DNA of 64,000 nt. It comes from Candidatus Saccharimonadota bacterium. Its GTDB lineage: Bacteria; Patescibacteriota; Saccharimonadia; CAILAD01; BJGX01. Every line of letters begins with the position of its first letter. Within the stretch, counting starts at the first letter, position 1. The position numbers and the translations under genes were made by a program. Below the pieces are notes generated by a model. The model saw only the letters and a program-made list of their open reading frames with translations, made no database searches and was not told the DNA's origin. The stretch is from the NCBI GenBank assembly GCA_046350735.1, contig JAXLZU010000001.1, forward strand, positions 140,530-204,529, in the 5' to 3' direction. Positions 63,431 to 64,000 of this stretch are shown here, piece by piece.

Positions 63431-64000
63431 AAAAGTTTTTTATTACACTGGCAATAATTTTGGGAGTATTAGTGGTACTAGCAACGACATTTATAGTTGG
63501 TATTGGCTATTACCTTAGCCCGCAATCAAAGCTAGAAAAAGCCGATGCGATTGTAGTTATTTCTGGAGGCCAGACAACCTCGCGTGCCGATAAGGGTATT
63601 GATTTGTATAAACAAGGTTATAGCAAAAATATTATTTTTTCGGGTGCTGCGTTAGACGATGGACCAAGTAATGCCGCAGCTATGCAACAACAAGCACTCG
63701 ATGCCGGTGTGAGCGCAAAGGTAATATATACCGATGAGGCATCACAAGACACCTACCAAAATGCTGTTAATAGTAAAGAAATACTACAAAAGCTAGATGA
63801 GAAAAAAATAATTCTTGTAACGAGCCCATACCATCAGCGTCGAGCCTACGAGACATTTAAGCAAGTGCTTGGTCCAGACTACACAATACTAAATGCTAGT
63901 GCTTTTGATGACAGATGGAGTAAATCTCGATGGTGGGAAAAGGGCTTTGCTTCTAATATTACCTTAAGTGAATCTGCCAAACTCTTTTATATTTTAGTAA
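63427..64000 (+). CDS. DUF218 (YdcF/ElyC/SanA-like) domain protein, 3'-partial at the window edge
   Basis: ATG overlaps the upstream stop (ATGA). TM helix, then 'DAIVVISGGQTTSRADKGIDLYKQGYSKNIIFSGA'. No stop codon before the end of the window. Confidence 0.6.
   Translation, partial: MKKFFITLAIILGVLVVLATTFIVGIGYYLSPQSKLEKADAIVVISGGQTTSRADKGIDLYKQGYSKNIIFSGAALDDGPSNAAAMQQQALDAGVSAKVIYTDEASQDTYQNAVNSKEILQKLDEKKIILVTSPYHQRRAYETFKQVLGPDYTILNASAFDDRWSKSRWWEKGFASNITLSESAKLFYILV

Overview
This window is 64 kb of low-GC sequence, about 40% GC by eye. The gene content looks like a reduced-genome, CPR/Saccharibacteria-type bacterium; that taxon call is inference from gene content only. I called everything from the raw sequence and the supplied ORF track, by eye, with no database searches.

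The backbone carries housekeeping genes. DNA repair and nucleic-acid genes are yebC, ruvC, ruvA, ruvB, dut, a UvrD/PcrA helicase and tatD. RNA and translation genes are tsaE, tsaB, RNase Y, hup, hisS, proS, metG and ksgA/rsmA. There is also mgtE, a cysteine desulfurase, a lower-glycolysis/glycerate set (glycerate kinase, a 2-hydroxyacid dehydrogenase, eno, pgk, pyk, tpiA) and ppa.

The cell-surface and DNA-uptake inventory is typical of these organisms: a type IV pilin with PilM, a lamin-tail-domain protein, ComEC, a sortase with a LAPTG mini-substrate between two paralogous beta-helix surface proteins, an RpfB-like protein and a transglutaminase-like protein.

I hand-folded eight tRNAs: Lys-UUU, an atypical Gly-UCC, Arg-UCU, His-GUG, Pro-UGG, Lys-CUU, Arg-UCG and Glu-UUC.

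Three regions stand out:
- **Integrated GC-rich island with a DGR (~37.2-47.8 kb).** It carries a PLD-like gene, an XRE regulator, a VirD4/TraG-like coupling protein and a large serine recombinase that abuts tRNA-Glu. Its cargo is a complete diversity-generating retroelement. The reverse transcriptase has the IGxxxSQ motif. A 179-bp template repeat aligns to a variable repeat at the 3' end of a FISUMP/C-type-lectin-fold target gene, with about 30 mismatches, all at template adenines.
- **Uncharacterised five-gene operon at the 5' end.** Two tandem paralogous HExxH (zincin-like) proteins are followed by three RimK-type ATP-grasp ligases, one of them fused to a DUF785 retropepsin-like domain.
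- **A ~480-nt promoter/terminator-bounded noncoding locus at 52.1-52.6 kb.** It contains exact 13-mers of two universal 16S rRNA motifs in non-collinear order.

Smaller points include a Pro/Ala-rich tail on enolase, a duplicated tRNA-Lys 3' end, and a (GA)n tract flanked by palindromes upstream of the DGR target gene.
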